From the NCBI GenBank assembly GCA_021498125.1, contig JAIZWL010000001.1:197434-261433 (forward strand): DNA of 64,000 nt, written 5' to 3'. Below, one piece after another: positions 27,901-36,927 of the stretch. Numbering within the stretch: position 1 is the stretch's first letter; each line of letters opens with the position of its first letter. The notes beneath the pieces are model-generated. The model made no database searches and was not told where the DNA came from. It saw only the letters and a program-made list of their open reading frames with translations. This DNA is from Candidatus Thorarchaeota archaeon (lineage in GTDB: Archaea; Asgardarchaeota; Thorarchaeia; Thorarchaeales; Thorarchaeaceae). The translations under genes and the position numbers were made by a program.

Positions 27901-30900
27901 TTAATGAGACCGCTCATATCTGGGGATCTCTTACTTTTGAGAATGGCAGTCCTATCGTCGGTCGGCAAGTGGTCTTATCATGGACAAATGCCACCGATAC
28001 GTATTATTACACACTACTGACAGATAGTCAAGGACGCTACGATTTCTATTACAACTTCTCTCCATCCAAAGATGATGTTGGTACTGTTGATGTGAGCGTA
28101 TCCTTCACATCATGGACTCGATTGCACTCTGATGCTTCAGCTACTCTTGGCACGCTTACTGTGCAATTGTTCCAAGTCGATTTGACTGCTACTCTTGATG
28201 CCGCGGAATATCATCAAGACGAATCCATTACTGTTTCGGGGACATTGACCTTTCAGCATAATGGCAATCCGCTTGGTGGGGCAATGGTCACGATATATTA
28301 TAGGAATGCAACCAAACTTATGAACTTCACAAAATACACCGATGCGACTGGCGCTTATTCATTCCAATATAATTTGACGCTTGATGATGCTCTTGGAGCG
28401 ATCTACATCTGGGCTCAGTATACCAGTACTGATCCATTATGGACTGATGCTATCTCTGCAAATAGGACTGCAACAATAATTCTGTATAGGCTCTCACTCA
28501 CAACCCAGACTAATTCAACATCATACCATCTCAATGAGACCATATGGGTCTCGGGTCGATTGACATTTCAGCACAATGGTACTGCAATAGTAGGTGAGTC
28601 AATTACGATACATATGCAATTGAGTAACGGAACTCTCCTGACATATTCTGGTTATGTGACAAACTCTACGGGTTATTATAATTTCTATTACAACTGTTCT
28701 CCAACTAAAGACAGTACGACCACAATCACGATCTGGGCAACGTATACAAGCACTCAACAGCTCTGGGATGATGCATCCTCTTCTCCTGGGGTTGATGTGG
28801 ATCTGATTCTCTATCCACTTCAACTATCACTTACTGGTCCTGCGGCAGTATATCTTGATAATTCGGTCGTGTTGACAGGGAATCTAGCGCATCAGGGCGG
28901 ATCGCCTGAGTTGACTGGGAAATGGGTGCGCATCTATCTTCTTGAAGGAAGTACTTGGACCTACTTGGGCCAGTCACAGACCGACTCTAATGGCGATTAT
29001 CAATATGTGTACACATTTACACTCAGTCAGGGCGCAGGTGATTACACTTTCAAGGCAAACTACTCTAGCACTGATCCACTGACTGCCGATGCAGAGAGTA
29101 GCCCATTCACTGTGACTGCAATGCGATATGATGTCAATATTGATTTCACTGCAAGTCCTACTACCGCAAAACTGAACGAATCAATCTTTTTCTCAGTCCA
29201 TCTCTACTTCGACAATGGTACTGATATACAAGGAGAAACAATCCTCATTCGATGGAACAATGGTTCTCTTTATACATTACATTCAGAGACCACAAACAGT
29301 ACTGGTTGGATGAATTTTGTTTTTACTGGTTTCCAGGAGCATACAGTATGGACTGGTATCACTAGTTATGGTGAATTTTCAGGTTCCCGTCTGTACAACG
29401 CCAATTCATCAGCTCACATTGCTATAACTTTGGAACAATGGGTCACAGCCATTATTGGATACAATACTACTGGTGGGAGAACAGATTACTATGTCACAGA
29501 CTGGGTAGATCTCAGTGGCGGGCTCTATTATACCGAGCCAGCACCAGATGTCCCCCTACCATCCGCCACTATCACCCTTCTCTTTGATGGAACTCCTGTT
29601 GATTCAACAGTCACACTTACTGATGGCTCTTTCTCGATCTCGTGGATGATTCCAGAAAGTACATCCCCCGGTCTACACACACTCTCGGTGGCGTTTTATT
29701 CTCCTGATAACTGGATCGCTGACTCAACAGACTCGATTACCCTTAATATTAGTGCAATCACACTCGTATGGACGTTGTTTGTGAATCCGAATAATCCCGC
29801 CTACCTGAGTGATCATCTCAATATCTCTGGAACGCTCTATCTGAGCAATGGTTCACCGTACAGTGGTGCAGCTGTGAGCCTCTATTGGGATCATCTGAGT
29901 GATGGCTTGAGTCCGCTCTTTATTAGTCAGGTCCTTACACAACCTGATGGGTCCTTCGAGTATATTTTCACTATTGATGCTTCAACAACTACTGGCTTTA
30001 CGACCGTTTGGGCATCTTGTACTCCCTCAAGCTCGTATATTGTCGGCAGTGATTCGGAAACAGTGACTATTGAGATTCTGCCAATCCCTGTTAATTTGAC
30101 TCTCACGTATTTTGATGACTCAGCGTATGTGGGTGACACAATCAATCTGGGTGGCTCGCTGCACTGGGGGAACGGTACTGGTTCGGCCATGGTGGGATAT
30201 ACAATAGCCCTCCTCTGGTCCGGGAGCCAAGTTGACTCTGTGGCCACAGATACCGATGGTGATTATGATTTCACATTTACAGTTCCTTGGGATAACTCAG
30301 TTGGGGTCATAACCTTTACAATTCAATTTGTGCGTCCTGATGCCTCTTTTGAGTCCGCAGAAGCCAGTGATTCTATCGAGATTTACAATCTTGTCACGAT
30401 CACGCTTAATCCGCAAAGAGTGACCGTCGTCTATCGTGGTGATCAACTAATTGTGAACGGGACTGTGACTAATACACATGGGCCAGTCCAAGATGTACCG
30501 CTTGTCCTATTAGTCGATGGTGCTCCCACTAGTGTGACTACAACTACACTTAGTCAAGGGGCCTTTGTACTCACCTATTCGGTTCCGAGTGATCTTCCTC
30601 TTGGCCCGCATACATTCAGCGTGAACGTGACCAATTTCTACTACGAGTTGAGTGGGGCTGTGGGCACATGGGATGTGACGGTGAAATTACAGAGTATATT
30701 GTCTGTCTACGTAGATCATACATATACGGTCACAACTGGTGAGAATTTCAGCGTCAGTATTCGGCTCACAGATTCCGATGGCAATTTAATTGCTGGGGTA
30801 GTGCGCGTCTATCTCAATAATTCCCTTCTCTCAACTGAGAATATTGATTCTGGCGCATGGGTGGTTATTGAGTTTCAAGTTCCGTCATCCATTTCAGCAA

Positions 30901-31742
30901 GTGGCTATTATGTTGTGAGTGCGGAATTCGATGGTATCGAGTCTTCATATATTGATGGCTCAACTGCTGAAGGGGAGGTACCTATTCATATCTTCACTCA
31001 AGTGGTCTTCACATCCTCTGTTGAAACAGTTCAGGTGGCGGGATCACAACTCGTCATTAGTGGACAACTCACTGACGACTCGCCAAATGCAATTCCTATT
31101 GTTGGACGTAGGCTCACGATAGCTGTAAATGGGACCACTTACACAGCAACAACAGGTGATGATGGTTCTTTCTCAGTAGTGATAGCTCCTCGAACGGTTG
31201 TGGGTATCTATGAGGTTTCTATTGAAGTTCCAACTGAAACGAATCCTATTTCAGTTTCAAGATTTACGATCCAAGTTCAAGCTAATACAGGTGGTAATAT
31301 GCAACTAGGTGATTTGTTAATTCCAATTACTGCTCTGGCAGGTGCAGTTATCGCGGTTCTGCTGTATCTTTACTTCGTCAGAGGTTTCTTCCATCCCTCT
31401 AAACGAGTGGGTGGTGTGGACATTCCAAGTAAGCTTCGCAACATCAAGAAGCTTGCAGATGCCGGAAAGTATGATGCTGCAGTGACTCTTGCATATCGTA
31501 CCTTTGAGCAGATGTGTGGATTGAAAACGGGCACAGAGCGTCTCAATTCTGAAACGGCTCGTGAATATCTTGACCGGGTACTCAAGTCATTGCCTCTTGA
31601 TGCTACTGCTATTGATCAGTTTGTGAATATCTATGAAGAGGCACGGTTCTCACAGCATGAGATCACACGAGGTCAGTATGAAGAAGCAGTCCGTATCTTT
31701 ACCGATCTCTATCCGCGTTTAGATGTTGGAACAACCGACTGA
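24957..31742 (+). CDS. Giant (2261 aa) TgpA-like surface protein. It has an N-terminal signal anchor, a transglutaminase-like cysteine-protease core, about 15 tandem ~100-aa Ig-like/carboxypeptidase-regulatory-like repeats rich in N-x-S/T sequons, a C-terminal TM helix and a cytoplasmic DUF4129-like tail.
   Basis: TGc core ASSYCVFMRHLGIPARYVAGFAVGDD. The repeat motif ...YHLNET...SG.LTFQHNG...G..V.I...N.T...Y.TDS.GxYxFxYN... recurs from ~aa 600 to 2050. C-terminal TM LIPITALAGAVIAVLLYLYFV is followed by a YRTFEQMCGL...AREYLDRV...ARFS tail. Confidence 0.8.
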   Translation: MTAATITPRRKMGLTTILGTVAVIAMLMWGTVVFFQIQTGNVRTEIPHERYSDVVPWPYNINWGGSSTNWFDNMDYNQLPLNQTLPDDLLEHLNDVMFIESPTEPVQLWRYDAYDEYTGSSWQKTDAAMSNVTLNLITRSEAEALGNTIYTVYLNVTAGPNVGAVRLPTLFPDALIIQDSFVTGQIEDGHFQVDTPSRLLNYDLSLDALGVVQFRPLLSAPTGEHVLVAYDLTFRSQDLSSIADNSLRGDSSPPDIWAMYGPSTLDGIDFTQRVIDNISQFEDSSATAFQTATTVATYFQTKFKLIMNASEYNIRPEEGRETTDWFLERGGGLPMDFASSYCVFMRHLGIPARYVAGFAVGDDLGGYRALKVLHMTFWAEVYIPTSSTTGEWVQILPLPLPSGSGTEIPMNTPGELKLYTWANTPQGWVVTGDDFVISALLLSGGVPVSGQQITFRDNTDNHLMGTAIIEQGTFLPLANLTYAYPDDATPGLHNISAIFQGPTEQVENFTYVYVVAQPNPYSPNGPSSPQFTLSETYDVDLSLGLDDYVAYWDDILHVHGVMTVGGDPVDGTTLNNDQIRIMWDDYFMGNATIQSDGSYELDIPLDPSDHVRMTVGTHEVWSEYLGEYNSQGIPILLPARSADNSTVDLQGNIALTLTATPSPVARGGTLHYDGICELRNGTILVGETIGIFFDSTWITDVTTNSTGGFSYDYIIPVAQPLGTFPAQANWTSSYTGIAGNWSNTVDVEVQLKAASLTIDSTPKDPDVVHPYEKITIFGYLTDQLNGSGLVGQDVDIYWDTGSGAVKIGTATTDANGYYEFNYTVTDAYFGSVDYWSEYVSSSPSYEGATSPTLSITVEKWATDVTISVSPSPAHPAELVTFSGTVSVPDQGSLLGNAPVTIWWQNSTSTYNLSVVLTSAATGIYTYSYTIPLNHEFGTISCWAEFVSPWAAFADDVSDIRLLTITNYTTHLNITSNSTVYHLNETAHIWGSLTFENGSPIVGRQVVLSWTNATDTYYYTLLTDSQGRYDFYYNFSPSKDDVGTVDVSVSFTSWTRLHSDASATLGTLTVQLFQVDLTATLDAAEYHQDESITVSGTLTFQHNGNPLGGAMVTIYYRNATKLMNFTKYTDATGAYSFQYNLTLDDALGAIYIWAQYTSTDPLWTDAISANRTATIILYRLSLTTQTNSTSYHLNETIWVSGRLTFQHNGTAIVGESITIHMQLSNGTLLTYSGYVTNSTGYYNFYYNCSPTKDSTTTITIWATYTSTQQLWDDASSSPGVDVDLILYPLQLSLTGPAAVYLDNSVVLTGNLAHQGGSPELTGKWVRIYLLEGSTWTYLGQSQTDSNGDYQYVYTFTLSQGAGDYTFKANYSSTDPLTADAESSPFTVTAMRYDVNIDFTASPTTAKLNESIFFSVHLYFDNGTDIQGETILIRWNNGSLYTLHSETTNSTGWMNFVFTGFQEHTVWTGITSYGEFSGSRLYNANSSAHIAITLEQWVTAIIGYNTTGGRTDYYVTDWVDLSGGLYYTEPAPDVPLPSATITLLFDGTPVDSTVTLTDGSFSISWMIPESTSPGLHTLSVAFYSPDNWIADSTDSITLNISAITLVWTLFVNPNNPAYLSDHLNISGTLYLSNGSPYSGAAVSLYWDHLSDGLSPLFISQVLTQPDGSFEYIFTIDASTTTGFTTVWASCTPSSSYIVGSDSETVTIEILPIPVNLTLTYFDDSAYVGDTINLGGSLHWGNGTGSAMVGYTIALLWSGSQVDSVATDTDGDYDFTFTVPWDNSVGVITFTIQFVRPDASFESAEASDSIEIYNLVTITLNPQRVTVVYRGDQLIVNGTVTNTHGPVQDVPLVLLVDGAPTSVTTTTLSQGAFVLTYSVPSDLPLGPHTFSVNVTNFYYELSGAVGTWDVTVKLQSILSVYVDHTYTVTTGENFSVSIRLTDSDGNLIAGVVRVYLNNSLLSTENIDSGAWVVIEFQVPSSISASGYYVVSAEFDGIESSYIDGSTAEGEVPIHIFTQVVFTSSVETVQVAGSQLVISGQLTDDSPNAIPIVGRRLTIAVNGTTYTATTGDDGSFSVVIAPRTVVGIYEVSIEVPTETNPISVSRFTIQVQANTGGNMQLGDLLIPITALAGAVIAVLLYLYFVRGFFHPSKRVGGVDIPSKLRNIKKLADAGKYDAAVTLAYRTFEQMCGLKTGTERLNSETAREYLDRVLKSLPLDATAIDQFVNIYEEARFSQHEITRGQYEEAVRIFTDLYPRLDVGTTD

Positions 31743-31764
31743 TCCGATTGGAGTGTAAGGAACT

Positions 31765-33168
31765 ATGATGAATCCGAAGAAGGCTCTCTGGATTGTTTTA
31801 TTCGCCCTTTCTTGGATTCCAGTCGGGATGCTGTTCGTTTCAAATGTGTCGAATGTTCCCGATGTCTATCCTCAGGACTTCAGCATCTATAATCAGGGCT
31901 GGAATGGATTGAGTACGTTCAGAGAAGACATAGAATCTATGGGCTATACACCTGTTGCCATTCAATCGTCGATGAGTGTTGTCACACGATATGAGGGCAA
32001 TGCTGTTCTTGTCATCACGGGTCCCGTTCGTGACTTCTCTATTGATGCAATATTTGTCATCTTTGATCATTTAATGAATGGCGGCAGCGTTGTGATAGCC
32101 GATGATTTTGGGACTGCGAATGCCTCCTTTGCATTGCTTAATACTTTGATTTCCGGTCAGGTCACCGAGCATGCTCCCGTTCCAGTTCATGGTATTCTCT
32201 CTTATACCGGTGGTGTTCTTCTCGATCTGAACTCGTACGACAAGAGCCCGAAGCTTCCTATCATCACCGATTTTCGTCCCGGACTTGATGGTGGTGCCTT
32301 GACCGTTGGTGTTTCCAGTCTGCATCTAAATTGGGCCACTGCAATCAATCCGCGTTCGGCATTGGGTCTGGCAGGTATAGCATGGACCTCCGAACGATCA
32401 TGGTGCGATCGAAATATTACCGACCCCAATCCGTATCCTGATGATGGTGAATGGAATGGTTCCCTGCCAGTGGTTGGGGCTCTAGATCTTGGAGGGCTGG
32501 TTGGTGATGGTTCGCGTGGGGGTCGCATTGTTGCGATAAGTGACCCAAGTATCTTTACAAATGATATGATTAATCGTGGTGATAATCGTCAATTTGCTCA
32601 TAATGTGATTAATTGGGCTACTCATGGAGAGCAGAATCAGACAATTGTTTTCTGCGAAAATCTACTTGCAGTGCCATGGTACGCACCCGAATTCTTCTTT
32701 GGATTATATCTTAGTCGAGTTATCTGGCTGTCGACGCTCCCATTTGTATCATTCCTTTATCCTTTTGTTACGGTTGTGGGAATAAAGAAATACCTGCCAG
32801 ATATGAAGAAACCCGAGGTAAAAGCGGTTTCAGAGGTGTTCTTGCGTCGGGGGCAGACATATTTCAGTGAGCGTATGGCCTATTACAGGACTGAGGGCAA
32901 TTATGCCCGTGTAATTAAGATGTTATATCGTAAATTGCGGCGCGATATGAAACGAAAGTATCTATGGGCCGAGTATGATTCACAAAAAGTATGGGATCTT
33001 CTCAAAGCAAAAGATCCGAAATTGAAACGAAATGATTTCTTTAAGACGATAACGCGTATCGAGAAGATAGCAGCAAATCCCGCCATGAAAATTCATGAGA
33101 ATGAGATGATGGATTTGTTCTTCTTCATGCGCAATATACAGAACAAACTTATCGCTACAAAAAAGTGA
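31765..33168 (+). CDS. DUF4350-like membrane-anchored protein (N-terminal and C-terminal TM helices), an accessory subunit of MoxR/DUF58 systems
   Basis: Topology (N-terminal TM, large extracytoplasmic domain, C-terminal TM LSTLPFVSFLYPFVTVVGI, basic tail) and a position immediately upstream of MoxR-DUF58. Confidence 0.45.
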   Translation: MMNPKKALWIVLFALSWIPVGMLFVSNVSNVPDVYPQDFSIYNQGWNGLSTFREDIESMGYTPVAIQSSMSVVTRYEGNAVLVITGPVRDFSIDAIFVIFDHLMNGGSVVIADDFGTANASFALLNTLISGQVTEHAPVPVHGILSYTGGVLLDLNSYDKSPKLPIITDFRPGLDGGALTVGVSSLHLNWATAINPRSALGLAGIAWTSERSWCDRNITDPNPYPDDGEWNGSLPVVGALDLGGLVGDGSRGGRIVAISDPSIFTNDMINRGDNRQFAHNVINWATHGEQNQTIVFCENLLAVPWYAPEFFFGLYLSRVIWLSTLPFVSFLYPFVTVVGIKKYLPDMKKPEVKAVSEVFLRRGQTYFSERMAYYRTEGNYARVIKMLYRKLRRDMKRKYLWAEYDSQKVWDLLKAKDPKLKRNDFFKTITRIEKIAANPAMKIHENEMMDLFFFMRNIQNKLIATKK

Positions 33169-33178
33169 GGTAATAGAT

Positions 33179-34165
33179 ATGACTTTAGACGAGACTGACA
33201 CAATGGGCGGTGGTTCTGTCGATGCATTAAGCATTGATGAGGTCCACAGTTTGACAACCGAGATCATCCGTGAGGTCCAACGAGTGATCGTTGGCAAGAC
33301 GGACATCCTACGGGACTGTCTGATTGCAATGTTGTCCAATGGTCATGTTGTGCTTGAAGGTGTTCCGGGTCTTGCAAAGACGTACATGGCTCGGACTTTT
33401 GCGTCCATTTTGGGATGCCAGTTCAAACGTATACAACTCACCGTGGACACACTCCCTGCGGACATTCTTGGTAGTAATGTTTTCAATCAGCGCAGTGGCG
33501 AATTCTGGTTCAGGAAAGGTCCAGTATTTGCCAATCTGGTGCTTGCAGATGAGATCAACAGATGTCCCCCTAAATCTCAGAGTGCACTGCTCGAGGTGAT
33601 GGAAGAACGTCAGGTCTCAATTGAGGGTGTGACACGAAAGTTACCTGAACCGTTTCTGATCATTGCCACTCAAAACCCTGTGGAGCAAGAAGGCACCTAC
33701 CCCCTGCCTGAGGCACAGCTTGATCGGTTCATGTTCCGTCTGATTCTTGATTATCCTACTAAGAGTGAGGAGGCAGAAGTCATCAGACGTAAACATATTG
33801 GTGAGGCAACTGACCTGCGGGTTCTAGCGGATCCGGAAACCATTGTTCGGATGCAAAACACCTGTAAAAAGGTATACATCGATGATGACATCATCACTTA
33901 CATTCGAGACCTCATTGTTCGCACCCGAAATGACCCTCAAATTCTTCTTGGTGGTTCCCCTCGGGCCTCCCTCGTACTTATGAGTGCATCAAAGGCACGT
34001 GCAGCCATGCAAGGGCGTGATTACGTCATTCCCGAGGATGTACGAAAGCTCGCAATTCAGACTCTCAACCATCGGTTATTACTTAAACCCGAGGCTGAGC
34101 TCGAGGGAATGACTGTAGAACGTGTCGTGTCCAAGATACTAGGTGAAATCGACTGTCCCCGATAG
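33179..34165 (+). CDS. MoxR-family AAA+ ATPase
   Basis: VVLEGVPGLAKTYMARTFASILG Walker A, hhhhDE Walker B (LVLADEINR), sensor regions; 328 aa. Confidence 0.9.
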   Translation: MTLDETDTMGGGSVDALSIDEVHSLTTEIIREVQRVIVGKTDILRDCLIAMLSNGHVVLEGVPGLAKTYMARTFASILGCQFKRIQLTVDTLPADILGSNVFNQRSGEFWFRKGPVFANLVLADEINRCPPKSQSALLEVMEERQVSIEGVTRKLPEPFLIIATQNPVEQEGTYPLPEAQLDRFMFRLILDYPTKSEEAEVIRRKHIGEATDLRVLADPETIVRMQNTCKKVYIDDDIITYIRDLIVRTRNDPQILLGGSPRASLVLMSASKARAAMQGRDYVIPEDVRKLAIQTLNHRLLLKPEAELEGMTVERVVSKILGEIDCPR

Positions 34166-35528
34166 ACTCTATCGGTCACATACTGTTCACTGGAGACGAT
34201 ATGCTGTGATTACTAAGAGAGGCTTTGTGGTTCTGTTCGGTGGCGTTCTTTTACTGACAAGTGGATTCGCCTACATGAACTTCTATCTCACTATGATAGG
34301 GGTATATCTATTGGTCGGTCTCGTTGTTACATTACCTCTTTTTGCACTTACTGCAAACCTCTCGGGGATTGAAGTGGAGCGCCAGATAGACAAGGGAAAG
34401 GTCTTTTCTGGTGATTTTCTACGGGTCCGTGTCACAATCAAGAATGTATCTCACAGGCATTTCGACTTCATTGAAATCTGGGATCAATATCCCGAGACTT
34501 GGATATTGGCCATTGGTGAGAACTTTATAGCATCGCGAATCGAACCTGGAAGTAGTATTACCTTCTCCTATATCTTGCAAGCGCGAATGCGTGGTCGATA
34601 CTATATTGGCCCTACAGAGGTCATTATGCGCGATCGTCTGGGTCTACACTACTACAAACGAACTCTAAAGGCACGTACTGAGATTCTCGTATATCCTACT
34701 TGGAAAGATGTACGCAGAATGGAGTCACTTGGCAAGCAGAGGCAGCTTGGTCTCATGTTTGGAGCTCACAGAACAAAGACAGTTGGTATGGGCACGGACT
34801 TTGCAGGGTTCCGTGATTATGTTCCTGGAGATGCTTTTCGGCTCATTGATTGGAAGGCAAGTGCTCGTCGTGGTAAGATGATTGTTAAACAGTTCGAGAT
34901 GGAGAAGAATATTCAGATCGTGTGTATGATTGATACGTCAGGTAGTATGGGTAATGGCTATCCTGAAAACACCAAATTAGAATATGCAATTCGTGCTGCT
35001 GTTCTTCTCTCCTATATGGGAATTGAACGAAAAGATCTTGTTGGAACCTGTGTATTCTCCGATAAAGTGCATACATTTGTCCCGCCAAGTCTAAAGCCTA
35101 ACCATATGTTTGAAGTATTGGAATCATTGGCCCTTGCTGAACCAATAGGCTGGAGTAATTTTCCAGAGGCAGTGGAGTATGTCACCCGACAGCTCACAAA
35201 GCGTACTCTATTCATTTTTCTCACCGATTTGGAGGAGAGCCCGGGGCCACTGCTGACTGCAATGAAACGGGTTATTGCAAACGGGCATAAGGCCCAAATT
35301 ATCAGCCCGTTTGGTCCTTGGTTCGAGGCGCCTGTAGGGCAGTTTGGTCCAGTAGAACGTGTTCTTGCTGAGGCTGTTCAGGAGGAGCTCTGGGAGCGTC
35401 GTAGTAAGATCGCACGAGCCCTATCACGTTTTGGTATTGATGTTGTAAATGTCGGCCCAGAAGACTTCCTGCCTGTGATCATTAAGCAGTACAATTTGGC
35501 AAAGCAAAGGGGGGTTGCACTACATTGA
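34143..35528 (+). CDS. DUF58-family protein with a von Willebrand factor A-like domain (MoxR partner)
   Basis: N-terminal TM pair, DUF58 core, MIDTSGSMG MIDAS-like motif; overlaps the moxR stop. Confidence 0.8.
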   Translation: MKSTVPDRLYRSHTVHWRRYAVITKRGFVVLFGGVLLLTSGFAYMNFYLTMIGVYLLVGLVVTLPLFALTANLSGIEVERQIDKGKVFSGDFLRVRVTIKNVSHRHFDFIEIWDQYPETWILAIGENFIASRIEPGSSITFSYILQARMRGRYYIGPTEVIMRDRLGLHYYKRTLKARTEILVYPTWKDVRRMESLGKQRQLGLMFGAHRTKTVGMGTDFAGFRDYVPGDAFRLIDWKASARRGKMIVKQFEMEKNIQIVCMIDTSGSMGNGYPENTKLEYAIRAAVLLSYMGIERKDLVGTCVFSDKVHTFVPPSLKPNHMFEVLESLALAEPIGWSNFPEAVEYVTRQLTKRTLFIFLTDLEESPGPLLTAMKRVIANGHKAQIISPFGPWFEAPVGQFGPVERVLAEAVQEELWERRSKIARALSRFGIDVVNVGPEDFLPVIIKQYNLAKQRGVALH

Positions 35529-36910
35529 AGATAGTCACATGGATTCTGCGTATTCTATCCACCACAACTTTTGTCTATATGTGCTGGATTGTCTATAACC
35601 AGTTATCGGGTTATTGGGACTGGGCCTCTCCCTACACTTTCATTGTGACCGTCTTTCGTGTTCTCTCCCTCATATTGTTCTTTGTGACCATTATCGTGGT
35701 GAATGGTATAGCCAGTATAGTACTGGGAGGGCATATGGCCAATAGCTTGGTTGTAGGTCTCTATAACTCAATGGCACTCCACTTCTGGTATCTCCAACCA
35801 TACGGTTCCCATGGTCCTCTTACTGATGTCTATCAAGTATTTCAAGTGTTTTCGACACAGATCTTTGATTTAGCTTTTCAGTTATGGGATGACACCTTTA
35901 CATTTCTGTATTTTCTCTTTGCAGGAATTGGTATTGCGATGTTTTTGCAATCTCTATTTCGAATGGAACACAAGTTCGTTGGAGGTGCCTTTCTCTCCAT
36001 TCAAGCAATTCTTATTGTGGCCGCCTTTCGAGATTTGCCCATTTATGGTGGCTCCCCTCCCTCTGGTGATTTTCTCACCTTTCTCGCGTCCGGTATGCAG
36101 ATCTTGGCAATCGTGTCATTTGCATATCTCGAATTCAGTTACCAAATGATTTACAGCTACTCCGTAGGGAAACCCGTTGAAGACCGGGAAGAAACATTGA
36201 AGAAGCAACTGTTAGCTTTGCGGTCAGCCACCCGCCGCCAAGACGCTATAGAGCGTGGGGAGCGAACGTCCTCTTCAACAATGAGTCGAACAACTGGCGC
36301 AACTGCATTTTCATTCTTACGTGAGGTCATCGAACGAAAAATCATCGGTAGTCACAAGGCGCTTGAAAATCTAGATGCGATTAGTGATGTACGGCGTCTG
36401 AATATCTATGTAGATGAATTACTTGCAACAGATTCCTCTGCTCGTGACGAGCTCACCGCCAAAGCTGCTACTCCCTCTTCAGCTTATGTGATCAGTTCTA
36501 CAATCATTGGGTCTGTCATCCGGTTTCTCAGTGTGGTGGCAGTGTCCTTTTTCCTTCTAAATCCTGCATTTCTCATGAATCTCCTTAATCTCCCTCCCGG
36601 AATTCGTAACAGTGTAGAGCTACAGCAACCTGAGATTGTTGTGCTCTTTCTAGTGCCAGTATTGCTCACCTTTGCCTTTGCAGCGGCCATGATAACTTGG
36701 TTGTCACAAGAAAGGTTGGAAGACGAGCCCAAATTGAGCCGTGAGGAAAAACGAAGTCTCCGGAAACGCAGAAAGGAATTGGAGCGTAAGATGCGAGAAC
36801 TTGAACGTGCTCGACGCGAGCGATTCAAACGTTGGAGAAAACGCAAACGAAAGCCGGATGCCGAAGAAGATGAATGGGATCGCGCATTAGATGAAATCTA
36901 CAAGTCATGA
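35525..36910 (+). CDS. Polytopic membrane protein with a C-terminal highly basic coiled-coil tail (possible membrane partner of the TGase/MoxR system)
   Basis: Multiple TM helices in both halves; C-terminus KRSLRKRRKELERKMRELERARRERFKRWRKRKRK; translationally coupled to the DUF58 gene (overlapping stop/start). Confidence 0.55.
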   Translation: MKIVTWILRILSTTTFVYMCWIVYNQLSGYWDWASPYTFIVTVFRVLSLILFFVTIIVVNGIASIVLGGHMANSLVVGLYNSMALHFWYLQPYGSHGPLTDVYQVFQVFSTQIFDLAFQLWDDTFTFLYFLFAGIGIAMFLQSLFRMEHKFVGGAFLSIQAILIVAAFRDLPIYGGSPPSGDFLTFLASGMQILAIVSFAYLEFSYQMIYSYSVGKPVEDREETLKKQLLALRSATRRQDAIERGERTSSSTMSRTTGATAFSFLREVIERKIIGSHKALENLDAISDVRRLNIYVDELLATDSSARDELTAKAATPSSAYVISSTIIGSVIRFLSVVAVSFFLLNPAFLMNLLNLPPGIRNSVELQQPEIVVLFLVPVLLTFAFAAAMITWLSQERLEDEPKLSREEKRSLRKRRKELERKMRELERARRERFKRWRKRKRKPDAEEDEWDRALDEIYKS

Positions 36911-36927
36911 ACTCGGAAGTGAGATGA

